Program-made: the position numbers and the translations under genes
Part shown: positions 23,800-36,615 of the stretch, in pieces
Numbering within the stretch: the first letter of the stretch is position 1
Layout: the number at the start of each line of letters is the position of its first letter
Source: Narcine bancroftii
Taxonomy: Eukaryota
Assembly (NCBI RefSeq): GCF_036971445.1
Contig: NW_027211833.1
Span: forward strand, 1-64,000
Direction: 5' to 3'
DNA length: 64,000 nt
The notes under the pieces: generated by a model
The model's database searches: none
What the model saw: the letters and a program-made list of their open reading frames with translations, nothing else
What the model was told of the DNA's origin: nothing

Positions 23800-26700
23800 C
23801 CCAACTGCCGGTATTTCAGTCTGTAACGAGATTCCGTTTTTAGTTACGGCGTCCCTGCGGAAAACCACCACGAGCTGTGGCAATGGACTGCAAGAAATGA
23901 ATTCACATCAGTGGCCGCGCCACTGGTTTAACATCAAGAGCAGACAAAAACCTCGAATGATGGACTTCTACTGGACCGTCGCACTGTTCAAAGGGGCTCG
24001 TTCCACTTGCTCTTGGTTCCCAGCCCAGATTATTTAGCCACCGTAAACTCCATATTGTTGAATTGAATTCATTTATTCAGCCTTCCTCAAACGACCGGCG
24101 AACCTGGCCGCAATCAGAACCAAACTGCAACCAGTTCAGCCACAGATTCTAGGTGCCGAAGGATTGAAGTATCACGCCAAGTTTCATGATTGATTTCTAG
24201 ACGTGGAGGTCATACAGAGGGAAAGGCGTCGAGAATCGACAGGCAGACGAGAAGACGTCGGGGAAGACCCACAATACACTGCAGCCATGGGCCGAATAGT
24301 CTTTTTCTGTACTGCACTTACATTACTCAGCTTAAAGACCAAACGACATTTAATCGACCGGGAGAATTCTAGATGCTTCAAGCAGCGTGAAAATAAGTGA
24401 GAATATGTTGATGTTCCATGCCAAAACTACGTTTCCAGAGCAAAATGAATTTGTTCCCTGCCAGGTTTTGGCGAGTGAGCTCAATTCTAATGCCAGCGAT
24501 GCGGGGTTTTCGGGTGAGGAGTGACCTTGCCCATTCCGTGGGTTCCGAATGATGGGACTTGTGTGAAGTTCCAGGTCGCCTCGTTCCGTCGCGAGTCACT
24601 CAAGTTTAGTTCATAATAATCTTACAATAACCTGGAAAGGGCCGATCCCCCCATTTCCGAGTGTCTTCTGATCCCAGTTTGGCACAAGTGCATCGTCTTC
24701 AGGTGGCATCAGATGTTCTCTCTCGCTCTGGTCGTCCCCAGATCACTTCTGCAGGGGACCGTTTGGATGGTGCCACTCGCATTTCAAAGAAAGCCAGTGG
24801 GAAGACCTTAAACCAGCTTTGCCCAGTTTCTCCCATGAACTTAGTGATCTTTTTTAGTACTCCATTTGCTCTTTCCTCGAGGCCACCAGCCTGAGGATGA
24901 CGCACACAGTGCTGTTGAATTTTGAAATGACTCCTGATTAATAGTCGCAAGAGAGTGTGGACATTAGGGACATCTGAGCTTATTAACTTAGGCAAACCAA
25001 ATCACGGTATGACTTCCTTGAGTTGTAAAGTCACAGTGGGCTCTGCTGTATTATTGGCTTCAATCCATCTGCTTAAAAAAAGGGACGATATTTATAACAG
25101 ATAATCTATCTGAACGCACTCAATGGGTCGTGAGGGCATAGGCGTCTTCCCTTTGGGTCCTTTCATTGTTTTCCCTGGATGTTTTTTTACAAAGTTCACA
25201 TTCCAACGCGATTCCAATTCCTGTGGCACCCTCGGGTGCCACCATGATTTTTCAACCATTCTTCTCATTCCCTCCTTGTCTGAATGCGCGAGGGCGTGTC
25301 CAGAATTCGAAAGAGTCGGTCACAAGGATTCGGGTCGACAACCTTGAAGAAGGGAAACGCCTGGGTGTCCTTGTTTCCATCAAGCCATTTCCCCATCAGA
25401 GGCTCCCTCGGTTTATTTCGTGCTATTTCCATGTCTGGCATACCCGTCCTATTGATCAGGATTTGTCTCCCTGACGCTAGTCGGCGAGGGCATTTTTAGC
25501 CGCCTTGTCTGCCTCTGCTCCATGGGAGACAGCGTGGGCACTACATTTTATAATAGCCAGCTGTCTTGGTCGCCGAAGGGCACGGAGCAAATGGGTAACA
25601 TAAAGAACATTAGTGATAGGAGCCCCTGCAGACATTAGAAATCCCCGATGTTGCCCTAAAGAACCAAAATCATGGGTTATTCCAAAGGCATTGAGGGGTC
25701 GGTTTAAACATTTCGCTCCTCGCCTTCTCCCAGAATACATGCACGGGTCAGGGCTCCGTCTGTTGCGTTGAAAGTTTTCAAACCTTCCATCCTCCGCCAA
25801 GGTTCCCTCATGGTGATCAATGGCATGACCCTGAGGCACAGAAGAACCGTCTTATGAACCATGTGGTAGCGGAGTATCAAGCAGGTCCTGCCTCCCTGGG
25901 GTCAGGGAGGAATTGGCCTGGATCCAACAGTGGATCCTCCGGTGGATATTGGAGAAAAATGGAAAGATTCATTGGAGAACAACGTCGAAAGTTCAAATTC
26001 GGGTGGTAGAGGAGACTCCTCTGGTATTTACCGAATCTGGCTGCCGTCATGTTCTTGGCGAGGTCAGAATCCATCAAGGCCGTCGCACAGTGGGTCGATT
26101 CTACGGTCATGGGACGACGTCAATGTAGTCCAGGTCGAATCTGGGTCCATGGCTCCCCACGGGGTCTGATCGGACCCGTGCTTTTGGGTGAGTACTGCAG
26201 ACGCGCGATCCTGAATTCTGGTGACATCCAGCTGGAAGACCTGTCAAATAGGGGCCTTCCTATGGCTGGCGCCGAAGAAAGAGCTTCCTTTGGCTCTTCG
26301 AATGGCTGGAGCTCGTCCTGGGTTAGTGTCTGTGGAGCATTCGCTGAAGAAGAAGGATATCAATACTTGTCCATGTGGCCACCCCGGAATTCACTGTCTG
26401 CACAAGTTGATAAGTCCCAGGAAGGGGATATTGGGGACCTGTCCATCCCATGTCTCCTCATCTTCCCTCAGTATGTATTCGGTCTTGATCGTGGCTCCAG
26501 TCCCCGTCCGTCCCCCACCCCACCCCACCTCCTTTTCCAGACGACTCTGGCCAGAACCTTACTCCCGCACGTCTCATCTGATTCAAGTAGCTTTCTGTCC
26601 AATTTTTAAATTCGTTTTTTTTCATGCTCTGCTGTTTAGGGGGTGGGCAGCACATAAGGATCGAAATGAATGAGGCTGCAAGTTCTCCCCTGTAAAAGCG

Positions 26701-27769
26701 CGATCTCCAGCATGCGTTTTATATGTGTCTGCAAACCGGTCGAAATAAGTCTGGAGATCCCCTTGGGGCATTGGTTTGCAGTCTGTTATCTTAGACATGT
26801 TGATAGGCTGCTCAATCATAAAATTAATGCAAATAGGCATCCCAGCATCTCCTCTGTGGGCCTGTGTATCCTTTACTTCTTCCCACCTCTGACAATTCAT
26901 GGCAGTTTTCCAGTTTTTTTTCTGCTGCCATCAATTAAAATATCGTTAGGCCCCACACATCACTGGCTCTGTAATATTCTACTGTCAACGAAGGTGTCAG
27001 GTTGAGTACTTGGGGCTTTGTCTCTAATCAAATACAATTCCTAAGGAATATATGTCCACCTTATCCACCTGATTCGGGTCACCAGCCTGGCAGTTAGAAA
27101 CCGTTCTTATCGGAAGCATCAATCGATCAGGCTCGGTCCGGGCCAGGGGTTTAGTTTTTACTCTTTCCACAGAGGTCACGTCTGCAGCCCCATTATCTTC
27201 CAAGAGAGGGTACAAATCTGGTTCCTGCGCTGGAGGCGGAGGAGCAGCGGTCAGAACTAGTGCAGAAGTGGGTGGGCGTCCCTGGTGTCTCTCTCCCTGA
27301 TTTTTAGTGGTCATTAGGGGTTTCCGGAGACCGAATCTACAGCCTTTTTTACCAACTAATAGTTCATTCGATCATTTTTTCTACCGGTAAGTCTGCTGAT
27401 ACTTTTTTCCGTTTCTCTCTCTCTCTTCTCCTCCCACTTACACTCTGCCTCCAACAATTTCCATTCCTTCATGTTTTTTTCCCACCTTTTTCCTGCATCT
27501 TTTCCCCATATCAACATTTCAGCCTTTTTTATGGTTTCCACATTTCACGTTCCTCCGACTGGCCAGGCCTGATCTCCTAATCTCTTGGTGAACCAATGAC
27601 TCAGAATTTGATTCTTTTTCTACTGGGGTTCCAAATAACACATTATTTGTACTGGTGCTCCCCCGTCACTTTTATCAGGGTCATTTCCCATTTTACCAGT
27701 CTGTCTCTTTTGCATCTACTTCAGGGTATCGACTTTCACGTGGAGGTTTTTCCTCTCTTAACATCCGGT
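23800..27769 (-). mobile_element. Degenerate endogenous retrovirus (gamma/epsilon-like): gag, tether-RNase H, integrase; no recognisable protease/RT
   Basis: Gag start MGND at 27691 and matrix WPVGGT; RNase H AFGITHDFG..RGFL..LAIIKCSAH..ADKAAK; integrase ISSD..HPQAGGLEERANG; GPF motif. The low-coordinate boundary is uncertain. Confidence 0.8.
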
Positions 27770-28497
27770 TGTAATGGAAGATTTAAACCGTGTTTTTTCA
27801 CTTTTACACCCTTTGCTTCTGCAAGGCTGAGAACCTGCTTGTTTTTTAGAATCAGAAAACATAAGCTAATTTACACCATGAGGCCCAGGAAGCATATGAA
27901 TTAGTAGACACATCAAAATTCCACCATGAGGCCTAGAGATGCAGTTTTCTTTTGTTGGTCGCAGACTGTCAGGAGACCTTGAAGGTAATTAAATCATTTG
28001 TTCAAAGGGTTAGGGTTAGGGTTAGGCTATGAAGTAAACAACTTTTGGCTAATATAAGCCATGGTCCCACTGCTGAAGTTTGAGACTCTCCGAGAGGTGT
28101 CAAAATCTCTCAGCAAGAAGAAGAACTTCTAGAGTCCAGCTAACGTCCCGGTCGAGGGAGGTGGAGAAAGTGCAACTGGCGCCCCGACAACCTACTACGT
28201 GTGCAGTTGTTGCCTCTCTTCGGCAGTTAATGATAAGTAGAGTTGGGAAGGGCTAGCATATTGTAGTTTGAAATCAGCTTTTGAATTTGTAATAAACATT
28301 TGTATAAACTGAACTGCTCTCGGTGTGTGTGTCTATTTTCTTTCGGTAGCTCAAACACTGTGACCAATCTAAAGAAAACTGCATCTCTGGGCCTCATGGT
28401 GGAATTTAGCTCATGTCTTCTGATTCTAAAAAACAAGCAGGTTCTCACCCTTGCAGAAGCAAAGGCTGCAAAAGTAAAAAAAAAACACAGTTTAAAA
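27770..28497 (+). mobile_element. LTR family C copy, 3'-truncated and fused to an inverted copy of the LTR 5' end
   Basis: Homologous to 29851-30492; 28373-28497 is the reverse complement of the LTR start. Confidence 0.8.
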
Positions 28498-28499
28498 CA

Positions 28500-28960
28500 C
28501 TGATGAGAAAGTCGAGGATCCAGTTGCAGAGAGGGTTACAAAGGCTCAGAATCTGTGGCTACTTGATCAGCACTGAGGGGATAATGGTGTTGAAGGCCAA
28601 GCTGTGGTCGATGAAGAGCAGCCGTATGTATGAATTATTGTTTTCGAGGTGATCCAGAGCTGAGTGGGGAGCCAGTGATATTGCAGCTGCTGTGGTGGAT
28701 AGGCGGATGGCAGTGGGTCCAGATCTTTGCTTGGGTTTGTGTTAATTCAGCCATGAGCAGCCTCTGAACGCATTTCATCACAGTAGAAGTTAGTGCTACT
28801 GGGCGGTAATTGTTGAGGCAGCTCACACTATTCTTCTCGGGCTCTGGGATGATTGATGCCCCTTTGAAGCAGATGTGAAAATCTGACTGTAGCAATGAGA
28901 GGTTGAAAATGTCCGTGAACACTCCGGCTAGTTGGTTGGCACAGATTTTCAGAACCCTCT
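28500..28960 (-). mobile_element. Rex1/Babar-like LINE fragment
   Basis: FTDIFNLSLLQS...CLNNYRPVALTS. Confidence 0.8.
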
Positions 28961-29850
28961 GGACACAAAGTCTTGGAGAACAGGTTCAGCTTTATTTCGA
29001 GTCTGCAGACTCGGGGTGTCCCTGGTCTGGAGACACACCGGAGGTTCAGAATCATCTCTCCTTTGTACAGTCCTGCGCTCAACATCACCCCACCTTCATT
29101 TACCTTCTTCCAATCAGAATCCCAATACATTACAACATTCTCCTTCTCTCTTCCATCAATTCAGGTATCACTCAGTTCCTCCCTCTTCATACTTCGCATG
29201 TTATGTTAATTAGTTCATTCCCTCCTTAGGGGCGTCTAAGAATATTCATGTCTCAAGCGCAGTAGTAGCTATAGACTACCTTAGGTCACTGTACCAGCCT
29301 GAACCAGATCCTTGCATCCTTGGGGCTCGAGATAAGAAGGGGCCCACTAGCTAGTACTGTCTACTCTCAAGCTCTAATCTACACACTTTGCATTCCATCA
29401 CTTTTCACAGGATGGTGCGATTAGTCACTTTCAACCATTTTTCACACTGCGAACCAGAGTGGCATTCGCAGCAGTGGCTGTTCACGGCCCACTACTCTTC
29501 TCCCCCCCCCCCCCCTCCGTGGCAGCGACCTCTCTCCCGCCGATTGTGGGACCGCACCCAATTGTGGCCCCCCCTCTCTTCACACCCCCCCCCCACCCCC
29601 CGCAACCCCTCTCACCCCCTGATCGTGGCAGGCACTTCAGCCAGGGGTTTCCCTGTGATGCCAGTGTGCAACTGCTGACGTCACAGGAGTAACCAGGTCA
29701 GCCATTTTCCTGTTCAAGTTGCCGTTGGACACGACCTTGTTAAGTTTAACTGGGTTCTCTGACTACCTCTGAGGCAGGTCAGGGACTTGGTTGGATTTGG
29801 ACCACGCTGACTGGGTCAGACCTTTTCAAGCTGCCACATGAGTGGGGCAT

Positions 29851-30492
29851 TGTAATGGAAGATTTAAACTGTGTCTTTTACTGCAAGGCTGAGAACCTGT
29901 GTGGAATCTAAATTCCACCATGAGCCCAGGATGCATATTTAGTAAACACCCACCCATGGGGCCTCGGCTGCAGTTGAATAGGAAGACATGATCTAATTTA
30001 CACTTCTGAGGCCCAGAGCAGTTTACATTTGTTGGTCGCAGACTGTCAGGAGACCTTGAAGATAATTAAACCATTTGTTCAGAGAGATAAGTTTTGAGGT
30101 AAACAACTTTTGGGGTGATATGAGCCAAGGTCCCACTGCTGAAGTGAGAGACTCTGGAAGAGGTGGCTACATATCTCAGCAAGAAGAAGAACTTCTAGAG
30201 TCCAGCTAACGTCCCGGTCGAGGGAGGTAGAGAAGCTGCTACCGGCACCCCGACAACCTACTACAAGTGTGCGGTCGTTGCCTCGCTTCGGCAGTTGGGA
30301 CCAGTCCAGGCGTTGATAAGTATAATTGGGAAGGGCTTGCATATTGTAGTGTGAATTCAGTTTTAGATTTAGTAATAAAGACTTGTATAAACTGAACTGC
30401 TCTCGGTGTGTGTGTCTATTTTCTTTTGGTAGTTCGAACACTGTGACCAATCTAAAACGAACAAAGTGAGAGGTATAAGTTTACCCAAGACA
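29851..30492 (+). mobile_element. Solo LTR, family C
   Basis: TGTAATGG...CAAGACA ends, AATAAA, flanks GGCAT/GGCAC; sits inside a short palindromic element (about 29820-30550). Confidence 0.75.
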
Positions 30493-32124
30493 GGCACTAA
30501 CCGGGCAAATTGCCTGGTTAACCCCATTTTACATGGCAGTTTGAAAGGGCCTAATGATGGTGCTCGACCTGCTGAGTTTCTCCAGCAGGTTGTGGTTGGC
30601 TTCAGATTCCAGCATCTGCAGTCTCTTGTGTGTCTCCAATCCCATGAATATGATCACCAGATTCTTGGTGCATTATTCCAGGAAATACCTCTATTTTTGT
30701 ACCAAAGCTGCAACCAACTTTTGAGATAAGAGCACTCTATATAAGACAAATCCCTTGATGAAGGGATCAAGTCCAAAACATTAGGGTATCTCTATCTTTG
30801 CTATATAAAGGACAGTTTGACCTGCTGACTTTCTTCAACATTGTGTTGTAACTTCAATCACAGTTTCTGCAAGACTTTATGTTTTACTTTATACAAGAGT
30901 TGGATTTGCTCCAAACAGTTCATTTGAGGAAAATGCTTAGCTATTATTAATAACATTAAGAAACCAGTTCACATTCGTTGGTCCACCTCATGTTTGCAAG
31001 AAATTATGAACAAATGTAGCATCGGATAGATTCTATTTTTTTTCAATCAGCTTGCTTAGGATGAGCTCCAATTCTAGCTATCAATCAATCAAATTGATTA
31101 AAGTGAAATCTCCAATGTACGTAGAAAAAGACAGTTGAAGTTTCTTGGCAAATACTGATACACTATCAGATGGTTGACATTTATGCTTTGATCCAAATCA
31201 AAAATAGCACAAAACATCCTAAGAGGGTAAACTGGTCATTTTTTAAAAACAGCTCAGTCGTAACAGCAAATCACTTGGAACAATGCTTAAACAACAACAA
31301 ACAACAAAGCAAGACCTTTTAAGCATTAAAATAATTCTACCCAAAGAATGCTGGTCATGCTGATCTTTGACATTTCCCGACCGAAGGGCTTGGTCCTGCC
31401 TGGGAGCCCGAGTGCGAGGTCTGCCTGCTGCTGTCTCTGGGGACCCAAGGTTCACTGCTGTCGCCACCACGGCTGGGCGCCTGACATCCCTGGTCACTGG
31501 CTCTGAAACATTTTTGGATAACGGAGAATCCAATTTCGGATAATTAATACTCGGAGAATTTTTCCACCCTGCAAACAACATTTTTCTAACCTTTGTGAAA
31601 TGTTTGACTTTTCAAAGAAAACTTGGTAATTCATCACACCAAACCATGGTAATTTGCAACACTCGGAACAAATGATGGACACAGAACATAGCTCAGGAAC
31701 GAGCCCTTCAGCCCATAATGTCTCTGTTTATTGATCATGATGAAACTTAAACTAAATCTCTTCTGTCTGTACACAACACATATCCTTCAATCACTGGACA
31801 TTCATAGATCTATCGAGAAGCTTCTAAAACATTACTATTGTCTTTATTGTGGGTGGCATCTTTCCTGTCACAATAGTTCTCATGAACAATAAGTGTGTTT
31901 TTCTCTTCTGATTCCATCCATTCTTTAAGGATTGTTTGGATAAATAAGATATGGAATGATTATCTAGGTTTACTGCTATGCAAGTGGAACTATTTTTGAC
32001 ATGGTGTGTAATTTCTGCCAAGTGAATCCAATTGACAACTTTAATGAGAAAAAAAATTCAGAGAATGTAGATTTAAATCTATGTTTTAAAAAATGTACAA
32101 TGTATTGTAACGTGCATTGAAATT

Positions 32125-32320
32125 AAATTTAGACATACAGTATGGTAACAGGCCATTTTGGCCCACGAGTCAGTGCCACCCAATTTACACCCCCGGTATG
32201 TTTTTAATGGTGGGAGGAAACCCACACAAACATGGGAAGAATAAACAAACTACAGACAGCGTGGGATTCAAACCCCGGTCCTGATTGCAGGCGCTGTAAA
32301 GGCATTGTGCTAACCACTGG
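32125..32320 (-). mobile_element. tRNA-derived SINE
   Basis: Reverse strand AGTGGTTAGCAC...GGGTTTGAATCCC (A/B boxes). Confidence 0.7.
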
Positions 32321-32428
32321 TTCGTACCCCTCTGGTTTTTACCTCTCTGTTTCAACACCAATGTTATGGACATGTTTGCATTTCTTTGCAACATAATTTT
32401 GATTCACATTTCCTTGGTATTTTTGAAG

Positions 32429-32530
32429 GATTCTCCAAGTATTATTTTGTTCTGTTGGGACTTACCTTCATTGTACCATTATGCCTCTGGATTATTTCTA
32501 ATCGATACAGTAAATTGAAGAATGGAGAAG
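32429..32530 (+). CDS. VJ-C1-ITIM receptor, exon 4: transmembrane (GFSKYYFVLLGLTFIVPLCLWIISNRYSKLKNGE)
   Basis: TATTTTTGAAG acceptor, 20-aa uncharged hydrophobic run then basic residues, donor AAG|GTAATC; phase 1-1. Confidence 0.8.
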
Positions 32531-32789
32531 GTAATCATATACATTGTCCATTTTACTTCATAATTGACAAAAACTGAGCAATATCAAAAAGGAAAATTGC
32601 ATTTAGTTCCTGGGGGGAGGGGGGAACGGGGACGGGGGCGGGGGGGGGGAACGACAACAAAACCGTCATCAGACAAGTGAAAATCAATTTTAAATTTGAC
32701 ATTCAGCCATTTTTCTCTACAGGATATATTAATATAGCCTGTAAATTAAAATAGTTACACCAAAGGAAATGAAGTTCGATGTTCCATTT

Positions 32790-33385
32790 CAAATGTTTTT
32801 ATTGAGTTATATATATGCTCATTCATGGGTAATAATAAAAATATACAACAAAGTCAATGTATATTAATATATAGCTATAAAAGCAACCTATGAAAGGGAT
32901 AAAAACAAAAAATATATATGTAAAGCAAAAGTTATTCTCATGTTCTAACCCCTCCCTTGTGATGATTAAACATAAACACTCCATTAATATATGAAAGAAA
33001 GGACCACTAAACGATAAAATGGGATCCAATAAACATAAATTCTGAAAATAATCAAGGAAAGGGCCCTGTAAATTTAAAAAGTTAAATTTCATTACATGAG
33101 TAGAGCACCTAATTTTTTTCCAGAGTCAAGCATGCCATCATATTAGGTAACATCCTTCCATCTCATAAGTATAACTCTTCCAGCAATACATGGGATTGTA
33201 GCCCAGACAAATTTAAATCAGCTGACTTACTTACTTCAAATAGGGCAAGAAAAGGACTAGGAACCAAATTAAAATTAAGAACTAAAGACAAAGTGCAGAA
33301 GATACTTTCCCAATTACTGGACAGCAAGGAACATAACCAAAGCATATGAAATAATGTACCTTCTTCAGTCTAAGCTAAGATGTTT
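32790..33385 (-). mobile_element. L1-like LINE 3' remnant
   Basis: AT-rich, resembling an ORF2 C-terminus (GTLFHMLWLC-like); AATAAAAAACATT-type end. A similar remnant lies at about 9885-10295. Confidence 0.5.
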
Positions 33386-33601
33386 ATATGAGAAAATTAA
33401 CACATCTAAACATATATAGTTAAGCGTTCAATTAAGCCCAACATATCTTTCAAGTGTAGATGATGAAAATGGATTAAAATGGCAATGGTGATACTTATTA
33501 GCATCTAAATGTTGTCTAAATATTTCCCTTCGCTTACTGCTAAGTGCATATATTTGTTCTCCAAGGCTGAGATGCTTCTAATATTCATGATATTTTTATA
33601 G

Positions 33602-33672
33602 AATCACCAGGCCATGTCAAAAATATCGGTAATCAAACAACAAGAAAATGGGTGAAAGACTCAGTCAATAAA
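33602..33672 (+). CDS. VJ-C1-ITIM receptor, exon 5: cytoplasmic (ESPGHVKNIGNQTTRKWVKDSVNK)
   Basis: ATTTTTATAG acceptor, consensus GTAAGT donor, open frame; converts phase 1 to phase 0 as needed to reach exon 6. Confidence 0.7.
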
Positions 33673-35090
33673 GTAAGTATATTTCTTTGTTATTTTCTCC
33701 CATGCTCATGTTCCCAGCCTCCGAAGTACTGAATGTACAGAAAGTGCTGTCAGTTGAGTTGAATACATTTATCAGCATTTTTCAACATGAAGCACTGAGA
33801 ACAGAAAGGGGAGAATATGTAGAGTCAGTTGGGTGGAATCTATCTCAACTCTCTGATAGTTAGCAAATGTCTGAGCAGAGTAGATTGAAGACTTCTGAAT
33901 GAGATCAGATTACGAGGACTTGGGCTCCCCAACTTTCCTTCTAGTATTAGTTGATACTGGAGTCTGTAAAATGTTCTGGCAATGTGACAGGTGTGGGAAA
34001 CTAATTTATTTTAATAGAAGGAGTATAACTATTCACAAAGATACATTTAAACTTTTAAAAAACCTAGGGCTCTGTGATATTGCTCACAAATTAAACAAAC
34101 CCAATCTGCTGCATATGGTCCATCCCCTTCATTCCCTGCCTCTCCATGCGCTGTTCTTAATGTTTCTTAAATTTGCTACCATGCATCCAGGCATCTCTCG
34201 CTCTCTCTGTAAAACACATCTTTAAATGTTCCCCCTTTCACCGCAAATCAATAGCCTCTGGTGTGAATATTGGTCATTTTTGGTAAATGCTCCAATAACT
34301 TGATTGAAATTCACTCAACCGATGCATTTGAAGTTGGAGATAGGAGGTTGGCAGTGGAGGCAGAGGGTCATATCTTCCTATTTATAAATCTATTTATTTA
34401 TTTGCTTGTTTGTTTTCACATTTTTCGGCCTTCAGCCACATGTTAACATATCACCCATTGAGGAATATTCCCAGAAATTATGTCTTAGGTTTTAGACTTG
34501 TTGATAGCTAATCAGCCAGCATGTATCGTATTTGCAGCTGAAGCCGCCAGCACCAGCTTAGCCAATATCTGTTGAAATCCTGTGGTTTTTCAAAATACGC
34601 TTCTAAAATCTCAGCATATGCAAATTTTCACAACTCTCAAGAGTTACGTGAATTTCAATTTGTATTTTATTCTCACTATAAAAACCCTTGACAAAGTAAT
34701 GCTTGTTGAATAAGGAGCAACTTCAAGAGCTGTTAAAATAATTTTAAAAATACTTTTTCTTATTCTGGCTCTTGTTCTATTCTCTTTGCACTGCTTTCTG
34801 AACATTATAAAAAGTGAACAACAAAGCCTGCTTCTCACTTTGTGCATTTTAAGCAAAATTCTGCAATAAATTTAGCTTTTTTGCCTGTTTAGTCCTTCTA
34901 GTGACAAGAAAGTGAAATGTATGTTCTAGAACTCACTTGCTCAGTAAGTCGACCTTTTGCGATCCGTGGTGTGCAATTGCTTTGTCATTTTTCAAAATCA
35001 ATTCAGTTGCCAATGACCGGTTGAAAAAGAAACGCTATTATTGCTTTGCATCAGATACTAGTCTTTTAAAATAAATATTCCAGTGTGTAA

Positions 35091-36070
35091 TGTTATAAGT
35101 CCAGAGGATCCCAAAACCCAGCAGCAATATGTGAGAAACAGAATTACCTTCACAGAATTTGCTCGAGACAAAAATTGAGGACAAAGAACTTTTATTCTAC
35201 TATTTCAACAATGCAAAGTTGGGGGCTTCCCCTTACCCTGGGAATACACACAGATACTGAGGCTGACCCAACTTTTATACATTTCATTTCAGCACAGAGA
35301 TACCTTCCCCCCAACATTCTTCTGCCTCCTGGATTGGTTTAGCATTAGGTAATTCCGCCCACGTGGATTCTAACTTCTTATCAGTTTACGTGCCTTCCTG
35401 CAAACTTGTTAGCCGGGAAATATCATGTCTTTGTTCTTTAGTCATTAATCAATCCCCAAGACTTGCTAAATCTATTTACTTGCTATCCTGTTTTAAAGAT
35501 CCTTATTTTATTATACTTTTATAACCCTTCCTAACCCTTCCTCCCATTCTAGCATCCCTTCACCCTAAATTAACCCATAATACTTCATCCTTAATTTGCA
35601 CTTGCTTGACTCCTCACATTCCAGTATCCCTTACAAATAGGTATGTACCACGACAAAGGGTTACTTAAATAAAAGTTACTTATAATTATCTTTGAACATG
35701 AAAATAGAATCAAATTTTAACTTATCTCCATTAACTCACTTAACCCTCTTCTAATTTTAAGTGCACATGCGTATAATGTGTGTGTAAGTTCAGCAAAGTT
35801 CTTTGGATCACAGTCCAATCTCACTGGTTGCAGGCAATTCTTGTACTGTGCACAGAAGTTAACATTAATAAAGTTCACCAGGCTTTGGTGCTTAACAGGT
35901 AAATGGTTACCACTTAGAAAGGTTCTTGTTGGTTTTCAGAGAGTTTTTCTTGTTTCAGGTCATCAGAGTTCCTTTCTGTTTCTCCTATTCCAAGGGAAAC
36001 ACCAGACAGCCAGTCCTCTCCTTTGACCAGGCCATCTTCCAAAGCTTGCCAGGGTGTGTATGTTTGTCTG

Positions 36071-36113
<43 letters not shown>

Positions 36114-36366
36114 CCCCCCAACTCTGAGAGCAAAGCCTCTTTTTCTTCTGCTCTCTGCCTGCAAAGATCACATGACCTTCCAGACAGTAAGTTCTGTTTT
36201 CCAGATAAAGCTGTTACATTTGATGCCTTTTCATACAGTCCATGAGTCTGTGAGCATCTTGCAAAAGCTCCTACAAAAATTCTGTGTTTTGAAGTGTTTG
36301 TGTGTGACCTGCTCAAACAAACCTTTCCCAATTTATCTCCCAAACACCTCGGTATTCTCTGTCACA
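35091..36366 (-). mobile_element. Solo LTR, family B, carrying a nested family A LTR
   Basis: TGTTA...GTCACA ends, perfect 4-bp TSD GTAA; homologous to 40922-42240. Confidence 0.85.
35130..35635 (-). mobile_element. Solo LTR, family A, nested in the family B LTR
   Basis: TGTGAGA...CTTACA ends, perfect 4-bp TSD AATA; homologous to 10739-11331. Confidence 0.85.
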
Positions 36367-36615
36367 GTAAAATGACCCCCAAAAATGCACCAATTAAATG
36401 AGAATGTTTGCTTCATGATTCACAAACTTCAGATTATGTTGATTATTTTATTTTACTACATTCGGAAGAAGCCCAGTTCTGTGTGTTTTCTTTTACAAAC
36501 TCATTTTTCTCTCTTCTACTCCTGAAGAGATTTAAAAGTATGGAGAATAATTCCATGGTCTCAGTGGTTTCCATATTATTTACTCAGATGTTTTTTCTTT
36601 AAATGTTAGTTCAGG

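Noticed and set aside
24906-25070. CACAGTG heptamers downstream of the Ig exons as RSS
   Set aside because: They lie inside the ERV integrase and have no nonamer at 12- or 23-bp spacing.
34930-34944. 14-nt micro-exon candidate before GTAAGT
   Set aside because: Phase is incompatible with following exon 5; no other support.
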